Shown: in pieces, positions 45,511-46,758 of the stretch
Layout of the letters: each line of letters opens with the position of its first letter
Numbering within the stretch: the first letter of the stretch is position 1
Notes under the pieces: generated by a model
What the model was told of the DNA's origin: nothing
The model's database searches: none
Seen by the model: the letters and a program-made list of their open reading frames with translations, nothing else
Translations under genes and position numbers: made by a program
Source of the DNA: Acidimicrobiia bacterium
Lineage (GTDB): Bacteria; Actinomycetota; Acidimicrobiia; Spongiisociales; JAENVV01
Length of the DNA: 46,758 bases
Assembly (NCBI GenBank): GCA_041577335.1
Contig: JBFGJH010000002.1
Coordinates: 80,389 to 127,146 of the forward strand
Direction of reading: 5' to 3'

Positions 45511-46758
45511 TTGGACGTTTTTCGGCTTGCCGATCGTTTGACTGAGGACTTCTGTGCGCTGCGTCCGACCGATGCGACGATGTGGGGTGTCGTTGGGTTC
45601 GATGGTTCGTGGGGCGACTGGTCACCGGCCGGTTGGGAGCAGATCGCCGAACTCTTGGCTACGGCTTTGAGCGACGTCGATGCGCTCCCCCCGACCGAGG
45701 ATCGTTGGGAGATCGTCGGCAGACGAGTGGTGAGGGAGTTTGCGGAGACGTGGATCGACAGGATCGATCAGTGCGAACATCTCCGCGATATCAACAACAT
45801 CGCCAGCCCGGTACAAGACATCAGGTCTGTGTTCGAGGTGCAACCCAAGGCAACCAGTGATGATTGGCGCGCCCTCGTCGCCCGCTTGGCCAACTCCTCA
45901 GAGCCAGTTGCCGGATTCATAGCCTGTCTCGAGGAGGGCCGGCGACAGGCCTTGGTCGCTGCTCGCCGCCAAGTCGAAGCGTGTATCCGCCAGCTCGAGG
46001 TCAACTGCTCTGATTCCTCCCCGTTTTCTGGCCTTCTCAGCGAATTCGACGCGGCGGGCCTCGGCGCCGGAGCCCTGCGGAGCCGGCTGATCGCCGGAAT
46101 CGATCAGGCTCAGTCGGCATCCGGAGAGCTCCGGGCCTATCTCCATGAGACGTACCTCCCTGCCGCGAAAGAGCGGGACGCGGTCGGCAGAGATCGCTAC
46201 CTCAGGCTCGTCGAGCCATTCCTCGGGTCTTCACTCGATCCCGAGGCCACCTATGCCTGGGGTTGGCGGGAGATCGAGCGTTTGTGGGAGCGGGCCGCGT
46301 CCCTTGCGCAGTTGATCGTTCCCGGTGCGTCGGTGGCAGAGGCGATCGCGTTCCTGAAGACGGACCCTGATCGGGCCGCTCATTCATCGGAGGAATTCGT
46401 TGCCTTGATGAAGGAACGCCAAGAACAGGCGTTGCAGGACCTCGCTGGAACCCACTTTGACGTGCCCGACGCCGTACGCGAGGTAGACGTGCAGCTCGCC
46501 CCGGCTGGTGGCGCGCTCGGTGCCCACTACCACGGGCCGTCTGAGGACTTTTCCCGCCCCGGTACGGTGTGGTATTCACTTGGCTCGAAGACCACGATTC
46601 CTCTTTACGCAGAAATCTCGACTGCCTACCACGAAGGATTCCCTGGTCACCACTTGCAGACCGGCATCCAAATGAGTTTGTCGGAGCATCTCACTCGCCT
46701 TCATAGGACCCTGGCATGGCGATCTGGCTATGGGGAGGGGTGGGCGCTCTACGCCGAG
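45511..46758 (+). CDS. DUF885-family putative metallopeptidase; 3' end runs off the window
   Basis: Absent from the ORF track. Open frame from TTG 45511 (GGAG upstream): MDVFRLAD...NNIASPVQ...FSRPG...AYHEGFPGHHLQ...GYGEGWALYAE. Confidence 0.9.
   Translation, partial: MDVFRLADRLTEDFCALRPTDATMWGVVGFDGSWGDWSPAGWEQIAELLATALSDVDALPPTEDRWEIVGRRVVREFAETWIDRIDQCEHLRDINNIASPVQDIRSVFEVQPKATSDDWRALVARLANSSEPVAGFIACLEEGRRQALVAARRQVEACIRQLEVNCSDSSPFSGLLSEFDAAGLGAGALRSRLIAGIDQAQSASGELRAYLHETYLPAAKERDAVGRDRYLRLVEPFLGSSLDPEATYAWGWREIERLWERAASLAQLIVPGASVAEAIAFLKTDPDRAAHSSEEFVALMKERQEQALQDLAGTHFDVPDAVREVDVQLAPAGGALGAHYHGPSEDFSRPGTVWYSLGSKTTIPLYAEISTAYHEGFPGHHLQTGIQMSLSEHLTRLHRTLAWRSGYGEGWALYAE

Overview
A gene-dense, high-GC bacterial chromosomal segment with about 45 CDSs. 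It is almost certainly Actinomycetota and probably Acidimicrobiia-like. That placement is an inference from gene content (SARP regulator, ECF42-DGPF pair, LppM, DUF885, F420-type reductase) and from frequent leaderless TANNNT-N6/8-start promoters. I saw no rRNA, tRNA, CRISPR array, transposase or phage genes. In order, the window holds: an ion-transport cluster (Kef-type antiporter, CASTOR/POLLUX-like channel, NhaP); a small SARP regulator divergent from two orphan genes; a block with DosR-like boxes (hydrolase, Pat acetyltransferase, gdhA, metZ, S2P-CBS protease, acylphosphatase); a TrpF-like/PfkB pair; modABC with its regulator; a Ni/Co ECF transporter with a Fur-family regulator and tandem Nur-type boxes; an ABC-2 exporter; ppk2; an RRM protein; an ECF42 sigma factor; and infA. 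The right end is a cluster of APH kinase, orphan DNA methyltransferase, Lcp/MpaB-type heme oxygenase and an ADCY10-like cyclase-STAND-TPR protein, converging on a double lycopene-cyclase-like membrane protein. The two best candidates for undescribed systems are that oxygenase/cyclase/lycopene-cyclase-like trio and the SARP mini-regulon controlling a membrane-anchored protein with four RAT(T/S)GY(G/D)-type repeats. All functional calls come from motif recognition by eye, not from database searches.
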